DNA of 63,664 nucleotides, filler included, from Nitrospirota bacterium (GCA_016180645.1; 3 parts of 3 records of this genome joined end to end with filler, not necessarily neighbours in it); one strand, 5' to 3'. Positions 1-10,394 are shown, counted from the whole stretch's first letter. The notes: generated from the sequence alone by a model not told the origin. Numbers and translations are program-made.

Positions 1-105
1 GAGACCGGAAAACGGCTCCTGTCTCAACATTCACGGCGTGGAAATGGCCTTCCCTCGTGAAGTGATGTTCACACAGCATGGAAAAATGGCAAAAGTCGAT
101 CTCAG
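1..105. mobile_element. Partial copy of a dispersed MITE-like repeat (inverted copy of 63444-63542)
   Basis: 1-99 matches the reverse complement of 63444-63542 with few mismatches and ends in AAAATGGCAAAAGTCGA, a terminus also seen at ~29875, ~30052 and ~30184. Confidence 0.75.
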
Positions 106-106
106 A

Positions 107-122
107 GCGGACGAAAGTCCGC
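107..122. terminator. GC-rich hairpin just downstream of gspJ
   Basis: GCGGAC-GAAA-GTCCGC stem 8 nt beyond the gspJ stop; no clear U-tract. Confidence 0.35.
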
Positions 123-129
123 AATCGCA

Positions 130-837
130 TCAGGATCCCTTCAACACTTTCGCCTGGGAGAGGGGCAGAAAGACCTTCGTAATGTACATTTGGACCTCGC
201 CTTTCGAACTCTTCACCGTGAGGCGAATGCCCACAAGGGGCGGGTGGCCGATCACCGCCCCGTTCGGGCCGAGGTTCGTGGAATCCCAGTCCTCAACGGG
301 AACCCCCTGGTCGTTGTAGCAGGTGAAATCCAGGGCGACGATCCCGCGGGCAATCGCGCCGCCCGCTTCTTCGACAGAGGCGCTCGAACCGGGCGGCGCG
401 ATCTCCCTCCGGATCAGAACCCCCAGTTCGGAATTTTCCTCGTCCGGAACGACTTCATACGCAACTTCGGCCAATTCGCTATCGTACACGGGTTGGAGCG
501 ACTGGGGTGGGAAGACGTCGCGGGACAGCGCGGTGAAGGCGATCCCGTCTCTCTCATCCGCCCCGTACCGTTCGTCCTTGCATCGGAAGTAGGTTCGGGG
601 TCGCGGGAACGGTCCCGCGATCAGGTTCGTCCCCCCGCGGATGAGATAGGCCGACTGGAGATCGCGCGTGATTCGGTGCATGACCACCATGTTCTGCACA
701 TCCATCTCGGAGGCGGACTCCAGGATTTCGCGCCCCCTGGCGATGCCGAAATACCCCTGATACGCCGCGGTGACGAGAAGCGTAAGCGTGAACAGCGCAA
801 CCATCAGCTCCAGGAGTGTGAAGCCTGATCTCCTCAT
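130..837 (-). CDS. gspJ: Type II secretion minor pseudopilin J-like protein
   Basis: Prepilin N-terminus MRRSG|FTLLELMV; last gene of a G-H-I-J series; ATG at 837 overlaps the upstream stop. Confidence 0.75.
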   Translation of the reverse strand: MRRSGFTLLELMVALFTLTLLVTAAYQGYFGIARGREILESASEMDVQNMVVMHRITRDLQSAYLIRGGTNLIAGPFPRPRTYFRCKDERYGADERDGIAFTALSRDVFPPQSLQPVYDSELAEVAYEVVPDEENSELGVLIRREIAPPGSSASVEEAGGAIARGIVALDFTCYNDQGVPVEDWDSTNLGPNGAVIGHPPLVGIRLTVKSSKGEVQMYITKVFLPLSQAKVLKGS

Positions 838-1250
838 AGAAGCTTCTTGTTCAACAGGAGCGTGGTGACCGAGGTGGACTGCTTGTGCTCGCCTCCCCAC
901 ATGACGTTTACGTGAGCCTCGCGCAGATCCTTGAATGTGATCTCACCGAAATTGGCGGGGCTCACGGTGATTTCCCACGTGATATCGGGGTATCCCTCGT
1001 TCGCGAAATCCCCGTTGCGCGCCCCTTCATCCGGAAAACCTTCCGCTTCAAGGTCCGCCAGCTTCATTTGAAGGAACAGGCCGGCCCGGTGCATCTCCCG
1101 CGCCTCCCGAACTCTTCGAAGATTTTCGTTGTTGATCCGCATGAAAACAAAGAGCGATCCCGCAAGAATGACCAGGGCGAAGAACACCTCCATGAGCGTA
1201 AAGGCACGGCTTCCCCGCCCCCTTCTCGGCGTCGGGCGACTCACGAACAT
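834..1250 (-). CDS. gspI: Type II secretion minor pseudopilin I-like protein
   Basis: RA|FTLMEVFFAL prepilin motif, short length, position between H and J; start uncertain (1250 or 1244). Confidence 0.7.
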   Translation of the reverse strand: MFVSRPTPRRGRGSRAFTLMEVFFALVILAGSLFVFMRINNENLRRVREAREMHRAGLFLQMKLADLEAEGFPDEGARNGDFANEGYPDITWEITVSPANFGEITFKDLREAHVNVMWGGEHKQSTSVTTLLLNKKLL

Positions 1251-1747
1251 CCGGGCTTTATCCCGCACGCGGAAGAAGGAATCGTGATACATGTTTCGCG
1301 GTTCTTCCCGTCCATGAGTTCGATCACCGTTCGATCGTTCATGCCGTTGTGGAGAAATCGCGTAAGCGCCTCCCCTTTGGTGGCGGACTTCCCATCCGCC
1401 AATTCGATGGCTTTGAAGGTGATCCCCGGGGGAAGCTTGCGCCTTCGGCCCAACCCGCGCTTGACTTCTTTCTGGGTGGTCATTTTGGTTTCCAGATCCA
1501 ACACGATTTCTCCAATCCAGTACTCATTCTTGTCCAGGTCGTAGTTAAATACATAGTCCTTCTTGGTCAGCAGAGCCTGGAAGCAGGTGTGACGCGTGGC
1601 GCCGATCAACCGCCGCGCAGTGGTGTTGAGCTGGACTTTGGCGATGTCGCCGACTTGCGGGAAAACCACGGTGACGATCAGTACCATGATCGCCACGGAA
1701 ATCGTGATTTCGAGAAGGGTGAAGCCGGACTTGGAGCGATCAGCCAT
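1241..1747 (-). CDS. gspH: Type II secretion minor pseudopilin H-like protein
   Basis: SG|FTLLEITI prepilin motif; directly follows gspG. Confidence 0.7.
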   Translation of the reverse strand: MADRSKSGFTLLEITISVAIMVLIVTVVFPQVGDIAKVQLNTTARRLIGATRHTCFQALLTKKDYVFNYDLDKNEYWIGEIVLDLETKMTTQKEVKRGLGRRRKLPPGITFKAIELADGKSATKGEALTRFLHNGMNDRTVIELMDGKNRETCITIPSSACGIKPGCS

Positions 1748-1824
1748 CAGCGTTCAGCCTTCAGTACAGCCATACGGAACCTTCTCCATTCTTGCTGACA
1801 GCCGATCGCTGACCGCTGATCGCT
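1740..1824. repeat. Inverted pair of short heptamer tandem arrays (TCAGCNN / GCTGANN)
   Basis: TCAGCCA-TCAGCGT-TCAGCCT-TCAG at 1740-1764 faces GCTGACA-GCCGATC-GCTGACC-GCTGATC at 1794-1821. Confidence 0.75.
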
Positions 1825-1825
1825 T

Positions 1826-2242
1826 TTACTGAATATCGCTCAGCGTGATGTCGTCCCCTCCGCCGACGGCCCCATCCGGACCCCCCGAAGCCAGATCGTA
1901 ATCCCCGCTCGCGCCCGGGCTGGTGAAAACATATTCGTGCCCCCACGGGTCCTTCGGAACGTTCTTCGCCTTGATATAGGGACCGGCCCAGCCTTCGCAG
2001 TCGCCCGGCTTCTCGAGCAACGCCTTGATCCCACCCTCGCCTCCCGGATATTTGAGGCAATTCGTGCGGTAGAGTTCGAGTGCGCTCTCGATGTTCTTGA
2101 TGTCAACCTTGGCCTTGTTGACCTGCGCCTGGCTGAAGTAACGGTAAACCGCGACGCCCACGACCGTGCTGAACATGACCACGATCGCCACCGCGATCAT
2201 GATTTCGAGGAGGGTGAAGCCCGCATCCTTACGCTTGCTCAT
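1826..2242 (-). CDS. gspG: Type II secretion major pseudopilin G
   Basis: AG|FTLLEIMI, WAGPYIK, PKDPWGHEY and SGGPDG..GGGDDI motifs typical of GspG. Confidence 0.92.
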   Translation of the reverse strand: MSKRKDAGFTLLEIMIAVAIVVMFSTVVGVAVYRYFSQAQVNKAKVDIKNIESALELYRTNCLKYPGGEGGIKALLEKPGDCEGWAGPYIKAKNVPKDPWGHEYVFTSPGASGDYDLASGGPDGAVGGGDDITLSDIQ

Positions 2243-2267
2243 GGGTGCATATTATACGTGAAAAAAG

Positions 2268-3413
2268 TCAGCCGCGCGAACGGAGAACTTCCCGCGCGAT
2301 GACCACGCGCTGGATCTCGGAGGTCCCTTCGCCTATTTCGCCGAGCTTCGCGTCCCGGTACAGCCGCTCCACTTTGAACTCCTTGATGAAGCCGTAGCCG
2401 CCGTGGATCTGAACGGCATCGGTGGCGGACTGGGCCGCGGTCTCCGACGCCGTCAGCTTGGCGATCGCGGCGTCCATCGTCACGTTTTCGCCCCTCGCGT
2501 ATCTCCACGCCGTCCGCCATGTATGGAGCCGCGCGGTCTCGATCCGCGCCTGCATGTCGGCGATCTTGAACTGTACGCCCTGGAACTCGAAGATGTTCTT
2601 TCCAAACGCCTTTCGCTCGACGGCGTACTTTACACTCTCGTCCAGACAGGCCTGCGCGATGCCGTTGCTGAAAGTCGCGATCCCGATCCGGCCGAGATCG
2701 AGGTTCTGCATCACGTACTGGAAGCCCTTCCCCTCCTCGCCCACGAGACCGGATTTCGGAACTGCACAATCCTCGAACACGACCTCCGACGTCGGCGAGC
2801 CCCGCACACCCATCTTGTGGAGCGGATTCCCAGGTTTCACGCCGCCGTTCTTCTCGACCACGAACGCGCTGATGCCCTTCGGCCCCTGGCCGCGATCGGT
2901 GCGCGCGAGGACCATGAACACCTCGGCGATGGTCCCGTTGGTCACAAACATTTTCGTCCCGTTCAGCACGTAGTCTTGTCCCTTCCTGACGGCCACGGTT
3001 TTCATTCCCGCCGCATCGGAGCCGGAATGTGGCTCGGTGAGACAGAACGCGCCGACGATTTCTCCCTTCGCCAGCCGCGGGAGATATTTCTTCTTCTGAT
3101 CTTCGGAGCCGTACCGCTCGATGAACTTGCCGCACAGTCCGCCGCTCGCCGCCACCGAGAGCGCCGTGGACGCGCATACCCGCGCCAATTCTTCCGCAAG
3201 AATCGTGGTCGTGAGCGCATCCAGTCCGCCGCCACCGTACTGAGCGGCATACCCCATTCCGAGAAAACCGAATTGCGCGAGATTCTTGTAGTTCTCCCAG
3301 GAGAACTCCGCGCGCTCGTCCACCTCGCGGGAACGCGGGTCGATCTCCTTATTGCAGAAGTCGCGGAATGCCGCCCGGAGGTCTTTTTGGTCACGAGTCA
3401 AATCAAAATCCAT
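2268..3413 (-). CDS. Acyl-CoA dehydrogenase
   Basis: FCLTEPHSGSD, LNGTKMFVTNG, QIHGGYGF and IGEGTSEIQR motifs; real start MDFDLT at 3413 overlaps the trpA stop. Confidence 0.95.
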   Translation of the reverse strand: MDFDLTRDQKDLRAAFRDFCNKEIDPRSREVDERAEFSWENYKNLAQFGFLGMGYAAQYGGGGLDALTTTILAEELARVCASTALSVAASGGLCGKFIERYGSEDQKKKYLPRLAKGEIVGAFCLTEPHSGSDAAGMKTVAVRKGQDYVLNGTKMFVTNGTIAEVFMVLARTDRGQGPKGISAFVVEKNGGVKPGNPLHKMGVRGSPTSEVVFEDCAVPKSGLVGEEGKGFQYVMQNLDLGRIGIATFSNGIAQACLDESVKYAVERKAFGKNIFEFQGVQFKIADMQARIETARLHTWRTAWRYARGENVTMDAAIAKLTASETAAQSATDAVQIHGGYGFIKEFKVERLYRDAKLGEIGEGTSEIQRVVIAREVLRSRG

Positions 3414-4210
3414 TACGAGTCCAATGCCTTTCGGATCGAGCCGACAAACGAGTGCGCGCGCGCCAGCCGGCTCTTCGCCGACGCCGCCTTCTCGATTTCC
3501 TTGATGAGGGCGGTCCCCACCGCAACACCGTCGGCCGAATGGGCCAGGGCACGGGCTTGCTTGGGATCGCGGATGCCGAAACCGATCAGAACCGGCAGTT
3601 TCGACCTTGCCCGGATTCGACGCACGTGCGGAGCCACCTGCTTGTCCCGCGCCGTTCCCGCACCCGTCACGCCCGTGTAGGAAACAAAGTAGATGAATCC
3701 CGAAGCCTGTCTCGCCACGAGCGCGATTCTTTCTTTCGGGCTTGCCGGCGTCAAGAGAAAGATCAGGTCCAAACCCCGACTCTTGAAGGCGCGGCGGGCG
3801 GGTTCCGCCTCTTCCGGCGGCAGGTCGATGAGAATGAACCCGTCTACCCCGCTGGCTGCCGCATCCCTGGCCACGCGCTCGATTCCATAGCTCAGGAACG
3901 GGTTGGCGTACCCCATGAGAATCAGCGGGCACGACACCTTCGGTCGAACCCGACGCACGAGCGCCAACACCTTTCGCAGGCTGACCCCTTTCTTCAGAGC
4001 GCGCTGAGCGGAAGCCTGGATCACCACGCCATCGGCCACCGGATCGGAAAAGGGTACCCCGATCTCGATCATGTCCGCCCCGGCACGCTCCAATTCCGGG
4101 ATCACGGCCTCGGTAAATCTCAAATCCGGATCGCCCGCAGTGACAAACGGCACAAGAGCTTTGCGGCCCCGGCCTCGGAGCGATCGCAATCGCCTCTGAA
4201 TCCCGCTCAT
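3413..4210 (-). CDS. trpA: Tryptophan synthase alpha chain
   Basis: [22 protein letters not shown] and GFGI motifs. Confidence 0.96.
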   Translation of the reverse strand: MSGIQRRLRSLRGRGRKALVPFVTAGDPDLRFTEAVIPELERAGADMIEIGVPFSDPVADGVVIQASAQRALKKGVSLRKVLALVRRVRPKVSCPLILMGYANPFLSYGIERVARDAAASGVDGFILIDLPPEEAEPARRAFKSRGLDLIFLLTPASPKERIALVARQASGFIYFVSYTGVTGAGTARDKQVAPHVRRIRARSKLPVLIGFGIRDPKQARALAHSADGVAVGTALIKEIEKAASAKSRLARAHSFVGSIRKALDS

Positions 4211-5415
4211 TTGCCTCGGTCCCCATCTCTCATGCCCAGAAACCCCGAAACGGTTTCGCAATCCTTATCCCCCCGGCCCGACAAGCAGATGACGATGGCG
4301 TCCGACTTGGAAAAACGTCGCGCAATCTTCCGGACATGCGCCACGGCGTGGGAGGGTTCGAGCGCGGGAAGAATGCCTTCCATTCGCGAAAGATACCGGA
4401 AGGAATCGAGGGCCTCACGGTCTGTCACGGTCACGTACTCGGCCCGCCGGGTGTCTTTGAGGTAGCTGTGTTCAGGACCCACCCCAGGATAGTCCAGCCC
4501 CGGGGCAATGGAGTGGGTGTCCCGAATTTGGCCGTTCTCATCCTGGAGTAGGTAACTCATGGCGCCGTGGAGAATGCCGGGTCTTCCATGGGCCAGTGTA
4601 GCGCCATGCCTCTTCCCGTCGCCGCCCGCCTCCACACCGATCAGTCGAACTGCGCGGTCGCGCAGGAAACCGGAGAAAATCCCCATCGCGTTGCTCCCCC
4701 CCCCCACGCACGCCACGACGGCGCGCGGCAACCGGCCTCGCGCGTCAAGAATCTGCTTCCGTGCCTCCCGACCGATCACGCTCTGAAAATCCCGGACGAT
4801 CATCGGGAAGGGATGCGGGCCAACGACCGAGCCGAGCACGTAATGCGTCGTCGCCACATTCGTCACCCAATCCCGAAAGGCCTCATTGATGGCATCCTTG
4901 AGCGTCTTCGATCCGGAAGAAACGGAATGGACCTTCGCGCCGAGAATCTGCATCCGGAAGACGTTGATTTTCTGGCGCTCGATGTCCACCGATCCCATGT
5001 AGATCTCGCACGGCAGTCCCAGAAGCGCACATGCCGTGGCGGTGGCCACGCCGTGCTGCCCCGCGCCCGTCTCCGCAACAATACGTTTCTTGCCCATGCG
5101 TTTCGCCAGCAAGACCTGTCCCAGCGTGTTGTTGATCTTGTGGGCGCCCGTGTGGCAGAGGTCCTCGCGCTTGAGGTAGATCTTTGCGCCGCCAAGGTCT
5201 TTGGTCATCCGTTCGGCGAAATAAAGCGGTGTGGGACGACCCGCGAACTCCTTCAAGTAATGGTTGAGCTGTTTCCTGAAAGACCCAATTTGTGCGATGG
5301 AACGATAAGCTCGTTCTACTTCGTTAAGTGCCGCCATGAGCGTCTCGGGGGCGTAGCGCCCGCCGTAGGGACCGAAGCGCCCAAGCCGGTCGGGGACGGT
5401 CTTACTCTTGCCCAC
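4207..5415 (-). CDS. trpB: Tryptophan synthase beta chain
   Basis: [16 protein letters not shown] (PLP lysine), [31 protein letters not shown] start at 5415. Confidence 0.97.
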   Translation of the reverse strand: MGKSKTVPDRLGRFGPYGGRYAPETLMAALNEVERAYRSIAQIGSFRKQLNHYLKEFAGRPTPLYFAERMTKDLGGAKIYLKREDLCHTGAHKINNTLGQVLLAKRMGKKRIVAETGAGQHGVATATACALLGLPCEIYMGSVDIERQKINVFRMQILGAKVHSVSSGSKTLKDAINEAFRDWVTNVATTHYVLGSVVGPHPFPMIVRDFQSVIGREARKQILDARGRLPRAVVACVGGGSNAMGIFSGFLRDRAVRLIGVEAGGDGKRHGATLAHGRPGILHGAMSYLLQDENGQIRDTHSIAPGLDYPGVGPEHSYLKDTRRAEYVTVTDREALDSFRYLSRMEGILPALEPSHAVAHVRKIARRFSKSDAIVICLSGRGDKDCETVSGFLGMRDGDRGK

Positions 5416-5417
5416 CG

Positions 5418-6092
5418 TCAGGCCCCCCTCGCACTCTGGATGAAATCCCGCACCTTGACCCAATCCTTCATGCCGGGTTTGACTTCCACTCCCCGGGCAA
5501 CATCCACGCCGTACGGTCGGACCAATTGAACGGCGTGCGCCACATTGCCCGGCCCAAGCCCGCCCGCAAGGATGACCCTCCACTTCTCCGCCGCGCTCTT
5601 GGCTTGGACCCACTGGCGCCGGTCCTGGGGAGACGATTCGCCCTCCGCGGCATACCCATCGAGCAGGAATCCGGATACATGATACATGCGGAGCGCCTCA
5701 TACCACTGTGCCCCCTGCATCCGCAATGCCTTGATTGCATGGGGACGGAACCGTTCGCAGAACGACGGCGGTTCCTGACCGTGAAATTGAAAAAGTCGGA
5801 TTCCGGTCATCGACTTCACCTTCCGGACCTGCGCTTCCGGGACGTCTACGAAAACTCCGACTGTCGCGATAAACGGAGGCAGCACCTCGATGATCTCGCG
5901 CGCCTTCTCGGGCTTGATCGACCGAGGGCTGTTCTCGTAAAAGATGAACCCGAGGGCATCGGCGCCCGCCTCGATGCTTTTCTCGGCATCTTTGGCGTTC
6001 GTGATGCCGCAAATTTTCACTTTGAGTCCACCGCTTGAAACAGGTGCGGCGGCTACTCGATCCGGGTCGGTTGCGGGTTGCGCGGGGACCAC
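5418..6092 (-). CDS. trpF: Phosphoribosylanthranilate isomerase
   Basis: VKICGIT, ALGFIFY..SPR, QFHG.E, ILAGGL, PYGVDV; start may lie further downstream. Confidence 0.93.
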   Translation of the reverse strand: MVPAQPATDPDRVAAAPVSSGGLKVKICGITNAKDAEKSIEAGADALGFIFYENSPRSIKPEKAREIIEVLPPFIATVGVFVDVPEAQVRKVKSMTGIRLFQFHGQEPPSFCERFRPHAIKALRMQGAQWYEALRMYHVSGFLLDGYAAEGESSPQDRRQWVQAKSAAEKWRVILAGGLGPGNVAHAVQLVRPYGVDVARGVEVKPGMKDWVKVRDFIQSARGA

Positions 6093-6094
6093 GA

Positions 6095-6880
6095 CTACTT
6101 CGCCTCCACAAAGGATCGCAGAAGGCCCGCCGGATCCCCGTGGGCCATCAGGGCCTCGCCGATCAGGAAGCCGTCGTAGCCGAGCCGGCGCAATCCCGGA
6201 ATTTGGTCGGGGCTCCGGATCCCGCTTTCGGCGATTTTCACCGCGCCGGCAGGCAGAAGCGGCGCCATCTCTTCGAACATCCCGGTGTCCACTCGGAGGG
6301 TGTCGAGATCGCGGCTGTTCACACCGATCAATTCCGGCTCGATCACAAGGGCTCGCCTGAGATCTTCCGGCGAACAGACCTCCACCAAGGCCTCGATCTT
6401 GAGCCGCTGGGTGAGCGCGTGAAACTTCTCCAATTGTTGATCCGATAGAAGGCGCACGATGAGCAGGACCATGTCCGCACCGGCGCCCAATCCTTCGCAG
6501 ATCTGGTACTCATCCAGAACGAAATCCTTCATCAGGACCGGAACGTCCACGCACCGCTTGGCCGTCTCGATATCCGCGAGGTCCCCATGGAAGAAGTGTT
6601 CCTCGGTCAGCACCGATACCGCGGCCGCCCCGGCGTTCTGGTAGGCCTCAAAGTGGGATGCAGGATCCTCCTCACCATCCAGGAAGGTCTTGGTCAAAGA
6701 AGCGCGCTTGAACTCGGCGATGATCACGTTCCCCTCATGCCCGTTGCGAACCGACTGAACAAAGGAAATCTTGGCGTGATCCTGGGCAGGACCTTCCAGC
6801 ATGGCGTCGGCGGGCCGGCGGCGCTTTTTCTCCTCGATCGTCCTGCGCTTTCGTTCGAGCACCTCCTTCAACGTGGGCAT
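6095..6880 (-). CDS. trpC: Indole-3-glycerol phosphate synthase
   Basis: IAEFKRAS, SVLTE, KDF, IGVNSRDL, AESGI, LIGEALM. Confidence 0.95.
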   Translation of the reverse strand: MPTLKEVLERKRRTIEEKKRRRPADAMLEGPAQDHAKISFVQSVRNGHEGNVIIAEFKRASLTKTFLDGEEDPASHFEAYQNAGAAAVSVLTEEHFFHGDLADIETAKRCVDVPVLMKDFVLDEYQICEGLGAGADMVLLIVRLLSDQQLEKFHALTQRLKIEALVEVCSPEDLRRALVIEPELIGVNSRDLDTLRVDTGMFEEMAPLLPAGAVKIAESGIRSPDQIPGLRRLGYDGFLIGEALMAHGDPAGLLRSFVEAK

Positions 6881-6968
6881 GGGGCCATATTAGGGAAAAA
6901 GGAATCGGTATGGAAGGTAGGCGGGTGGCTCAGCGGTTCCAATCCGCCGGAAGGCGCAAAGAGGGGTG

Positions 6969-7050
6969 TGCCGCGGGCGAGATTTGAACTCGCACGGGTT
7001 TCCCCGCCACCCCCTCAAGATGGTGTGTCTGCCAATTCCACCACCGCGGC
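6969..7050 (-). tRNA. tRNA-Leu(GAG), CCA not encoded
   Basis: GCCGCGG acceptor stem, D-arm GGAATTGGCAGAC, anticodon arm CCATC-TTGAGGG-GGTGG, long variable arm, T-arm GCGAG-TTCAAAT-CTCGC. Confidence 0.95.
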
Positions 7051-7146
7051 ATCTGGCTCAACATCCGGCCCGCTCGAGCCGGGAGGGAGTGGGCTCAAGA
7101 TACTCCCGACTTGCATCGGTTTCAACCCGGCGACTACACGGCTCGG

Positions 7147-8301
7147 TTACTTCGGGGACGTAAGCGCCATCAGAACGGCGCCGAGGCCGTAGTCAACGTC
7201 ATCCTTTTGAGGAACGGCGGCATACTTCTCGAAACTCCCGGGAACGGTTCCGGTGGAAGTGCCGCCAACGACGGCCATTCCATCCCGCCGAATGATTCGG
7301 CCCTTGATGGCGGAGAGAGCACGGCCGCTCACCACGGCGGCGTCGGCCTCATCCACCAGCCCCAATGCCGCTCCCCGGATGAGACCGTCCGCGAAGAGCG
7401 CGGTCGCGGACGTTTCCAGATAGGACTCCCCCGGGCGATTCAGCACCGTCCACCACAATCCGCCTTCGTCCTGAGTGGCGACAACGGCCGAGAGCAGCCG
7501 GGATGCGATCCGCTCGATTTCGGACCGCTCGACATGTGAACGCGGCATGACTTCCAAAAATCGGGGCACGATGTTCGCAATCCATCCGTTACCTCTTGCC
7601 CAAAACACGGGATCGGAGGGGACCGGCGCTCCCTCGATCAACGCGTGGCGGAAAAAACCGCCGGCGTCCTGAAGACTCACCGAGAAGATCCGAATCTGTG
7701 ATGCAAAAAGATCCCATACCGCCGGGTCATCGAGGGTTCGCCCGCGTTCCAGGAGGAAACTTCCAAACATGAACAAGGAATCGACCCAGAGTTGGACCGA
7801 CCCGCTCGCAAAAATCCCCAGATGGCTGATGCCGCCGGAGGGCGTCCGCGGCGCCTCCTCGGTCAGATAGAGCCAAGCCCGATCGGATAGAGCTAGGAGT
7901 TCCGGATCACACGACCACCGTGCCACTCGAGTGGCAGCGGCTATTGGGGCAACATTGTCGCTCCAGATCGGCTTGTAGCCTCGCGCATGATGTCTCGCCC
8001 AGGCCTCGACGTAGGTGCGGTACGCGGAATCGCCCGTGGCCTCGTACAGATCCAGAATGCCGTACGCCAGCACAGCGGGTCCCCAATCCCACGCGAGCGT
8101 TTCCGGCGCGTGTCGTTTCATCCAACTGTCCGCCAACTCTCTGGCCAACGCCTCTTCGGCCAATGGCCGCGGCGTCGGGATTGGCGCGGGGCGGCATTCG
8201 GAACGGTTGTTTCCCTGAACCCCCTCTCCGCCGCCGCCACACGCACTCACGAGAATTCCCATAAGTGCCACAAGAGCGATCCGCGACGGTCGCATGCTCA
8301 T
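7147..8301 (-). CDS. Lipoprotein glycoside hydrolase of family 88/105 (unsaturated uronyl hydrolase-like)
   Basis: Lipobox VSAC; WDW, LWVDSLFM, FWARGNGW, YLETSATA and YGLGA motifs. Confidence 0.85.
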   Translation of the reverse strand: MSMRPSRIALVALMGILVSACGGGGEGVQGNNRSECRPAPIPTPRPLAEEALARELADSWMKRHAPETLAWDWGPAVLAYGILDLYEATGDSAYRTYVEAWARHHARGYKPIWSDNVAPIAAATRVARWSCDPELLALSDRAWLYLTEEAPRTPSGGISHLGIFASGSVQLWVDSLFMFGSFLLERGRTLDDPAVWDLFASQIRIFSVSLQDAGGFFRHALIEGAPVPSDPVFWARGNGWIANIVPRFLEVMPRSHVERSEIERIASRLLSAVVATQDEGGLWWTVLNRPGESYLETSATALFADGLIRGAALGLVDEADAAVVSGRALSAIKGRIIRRDGMAVVGGTSTGTVPGSFEKYAAVPQKDDVDYGLGAVLMALTSPK

Positions 8302-10325
8302 CGAGATCTGGCCACCAACTTGCGCGAGGGCTTTTCGAAATCCAACACCAATCTGCGCCCTTCAATCGCAATGGTCGTCTGGGTCTCCCCGAAAGGCTGC
8401 CGGGCGAAGAGGTTGTCCCAGCGATCGTAGGGACCGATGTCCACCGGCGAGCTCTTGACCCTCATCGGCCCCGTCAAACCCACTTCGACCGGACCGGCGG
8501 ACGGAGATTCATACTGAACCAAATCGCCGATATTCACTTGCGCCTTGGAAATCACCCCGCAAAACTCATCGAATCCCCCCCACTCCCCTGCGCTCCCCAT
8601 TTCCACGATCCACACGTTCGAGGGCGATGGCGCTATCAACTCGTAGTCATTCTTCCCGGTCCAAGATGTGGGTTGTTGCGAATACAGCGCGACGTAGCCG
8701 TTGCCCTTCCGGCCCACGGTCCAGGATCCGAACTGCCGTACCTCGTCGAACCGGTTCCGTGGGAAATAGGCATGCGTGTACTCCGAAGTCACCCACGAGT
8801 CGACCCGTTCGTTCGCATCCCGACGGTATTGGATCACACCGACATTCCTGTAGAACGTGCCCCTCGGCATCCAGCTCCCGATCCAATCTCCTGCAAAGGT
8901 CTGATCGATCCCCAGTCCCGCCAGCTTGCTCGGCGCCGTGGTGAACACGTAGGCCGAATCGTCCAGCGTAGCTTGCCACATATGCGTCTGCGCTCCCCAG
9001 AAGCCCGGATTGTAGTCCTGCGCGCCGGAGAGCTGGTAATCCGGCGTTCGATACGTATACGTGCTCATCGATTCCAACGCGATTCCGCGCGAGAGCGGTT
9101 CTAATCCCTTCGCAAAATCGTACAGCTTGCCGGAAGAGGCCAGAGTCCGGAGCAATCCCCGCATCTCCTCCGGAAGATCGCCGAACAGGAAACCATTCCA
9201 GAGATTGAAGTCGCTGATCATGTTGACCGCGCCCGTAGCCACCGGCGGGGCGATGAGCGCGACCATGCCCGCCCAAAATGTAATGTCGTCAGGCTCCTCG
9301 TAGCTGATTCCCCACCGCGGGCCGTCGGCCACGTTGATGCCGTCGCGCTGGCGATGCTCGTGGCGCTCGCGGGTCGCCGATGCCACCTCCTCGATCACCT
9401 CCGGCGTCCAATAGCTACCACTCGTCGAAAGGAACGCACCTGAGAAATTGCCGGGCGATTCGTACCGCCCAAGGCCAAGCATGACCCAGGCCGCCTCCCG
9501 CGTGGAATCTCGTTGTCCATCGAGAAGATGCTCCGGATACGTGCGGCCGTGGACCGTTGCGAACAAACCGGCATACATGTTGTTCAGAAGATCGAAGGCC
9601 AGGAGATCGAGCACTATGGCTGCCTTCACACGGATTCGGTCGTTTTCCGCAAAATCCACCAAGTTGACGAGGGGCGGGATGTCCTCGTTGAAGTACACGT
9701 TGGAATGCCACTCCGAGAAGCCAAACCTACCGCGGAAATCCAGCCAGCGCTCCATCCGGCTCTCCGCGTGGCGGAGATGATCCCGGCCCGTCATCCCCGC
9801 GTTCGGGAAAATCCGGTCGGGCCAGAGCTGGCCCGCGAGGAGTTCGCTGGAATGAAACAATGCCTGATGGTTTTCCGACCAGTAGGCCATCTTGTCCTCG
9901 CCCGGTTCGTCCAACCAGTACTTGAAGTTGACAACGCTTTCTTCGATCAAGGCGCGCACGTTGAGAGGCAGCGAGTGAGTTTCCCGGTCGAGGTAGAGCA
10001 TCCGAACGAACGCGGCGACCGAAAAGTCGGAGGTGTCCTCGCGTCGCGCCACCTTCTCCGCGGCCTTCCTAATCGGTTCCAAATCGACCTCGCCGCCTCT
10101 CGCCATCCGGCAGATTTGCCCGTAGAGGCCGCCTTTGCCCGGCGCGTTCCCTTGGAAACAGTAATCCAGGTATTCCGCCTGCCTCGCTCGATACGATTCG
10201 GTCGGCGGCGGAGATCCTTCGGCGAGGAAGGGGTCCCCACGCTTGCCGCCTGAGAACCCATCGCAAGCCGGATGCATCGCCCCAGCAACCGGCAGGAACA
10301 AGATCAATGCTGAGCGGAATTTCAC
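8298..10325 (-). CDS. Conserved-looking exported/lipoprotein of unknown function, possibly a polysaccharide lyase-like enzyme
   Basis: Signal peptide with Cys; WSENHQ, FSEWHSNVY and HGRTY blocks; stop overlaps the start of the GH88/105 gene. Confidence 0.6.
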   Translation of the reverse strand: MKFRSALILFLPVAGAMHPACDGFSGGKRGDPFLAEGSPPPTESYRARQAEYLDYCFQGNAPGKGGLYGQICRMARGGEVDLEPIRKAAEKVARREDTSDFSVAAFVRMLYLDRETHSLPLNVRALIEESVVNFKYWLDEPGEDKMAYWSENHQALFHSSELLAGQLWPDRIFPNAGMTGRDHLRHAESRMERWLDFRGRFGFSEWHSNVYFNEDIPPLVNLVDFAENDRIRVKAAIVLDLLAFDLLNNMYAGLFATVHGRTYPEHLLDGQRDSTREAAWVMLGLGRYESPGNFSGAFLSTSGSYWTPEVIEEVASATRERHEHRQRDGINVADGPRWGISYEEPDDITFWAGMVALIAPPVATGAVNMISDFNLWNGFLFGDLPEEMRGLLRTLASSGKLYDFAKGLEPLSRGIALESMSTYTYRTPDYQLSGAQDYNPGFWGAQTHMWQATLDDSAYVFTTAPSKLAGLGIDQTFAGDWIGSWMPRGTFYRNVGVIQYRRDANERVDSWVTSEYTHAYFPRNRFDEVRQFGSWTVGRKGNGYVALYSQQPTSWTGKNDYELIAPSPSNVWIVEMGSAGEWGGFDEFCGVISKAQVNIGDLVQYESPSAGPVEVGLTGPMRVKSSPVDIGPYDRWDNLFARQPFGETQTTIAIEGRRLVLDFEKPSRKLVARSR

Positions 10326-10394
10326 GGCGCCCGCATCGTAGCACAGCTCACGCGGTCCTTTGACATTCCTCGGACGCTGTCATATTCAGAATGG

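Noticed and set aside
100-125. RNase P RNA (GAAAGTCC)
   Set aside because: Only a short hairpin; the rest of the RNase P consensus is absent.
38-319. ORFs 38-319 and 63356-63556 sharing MAFPREVMFTQHGKM
   Set aside because: The identity comes from the non-coding repeat, and the ORFs diverge at its boundary.
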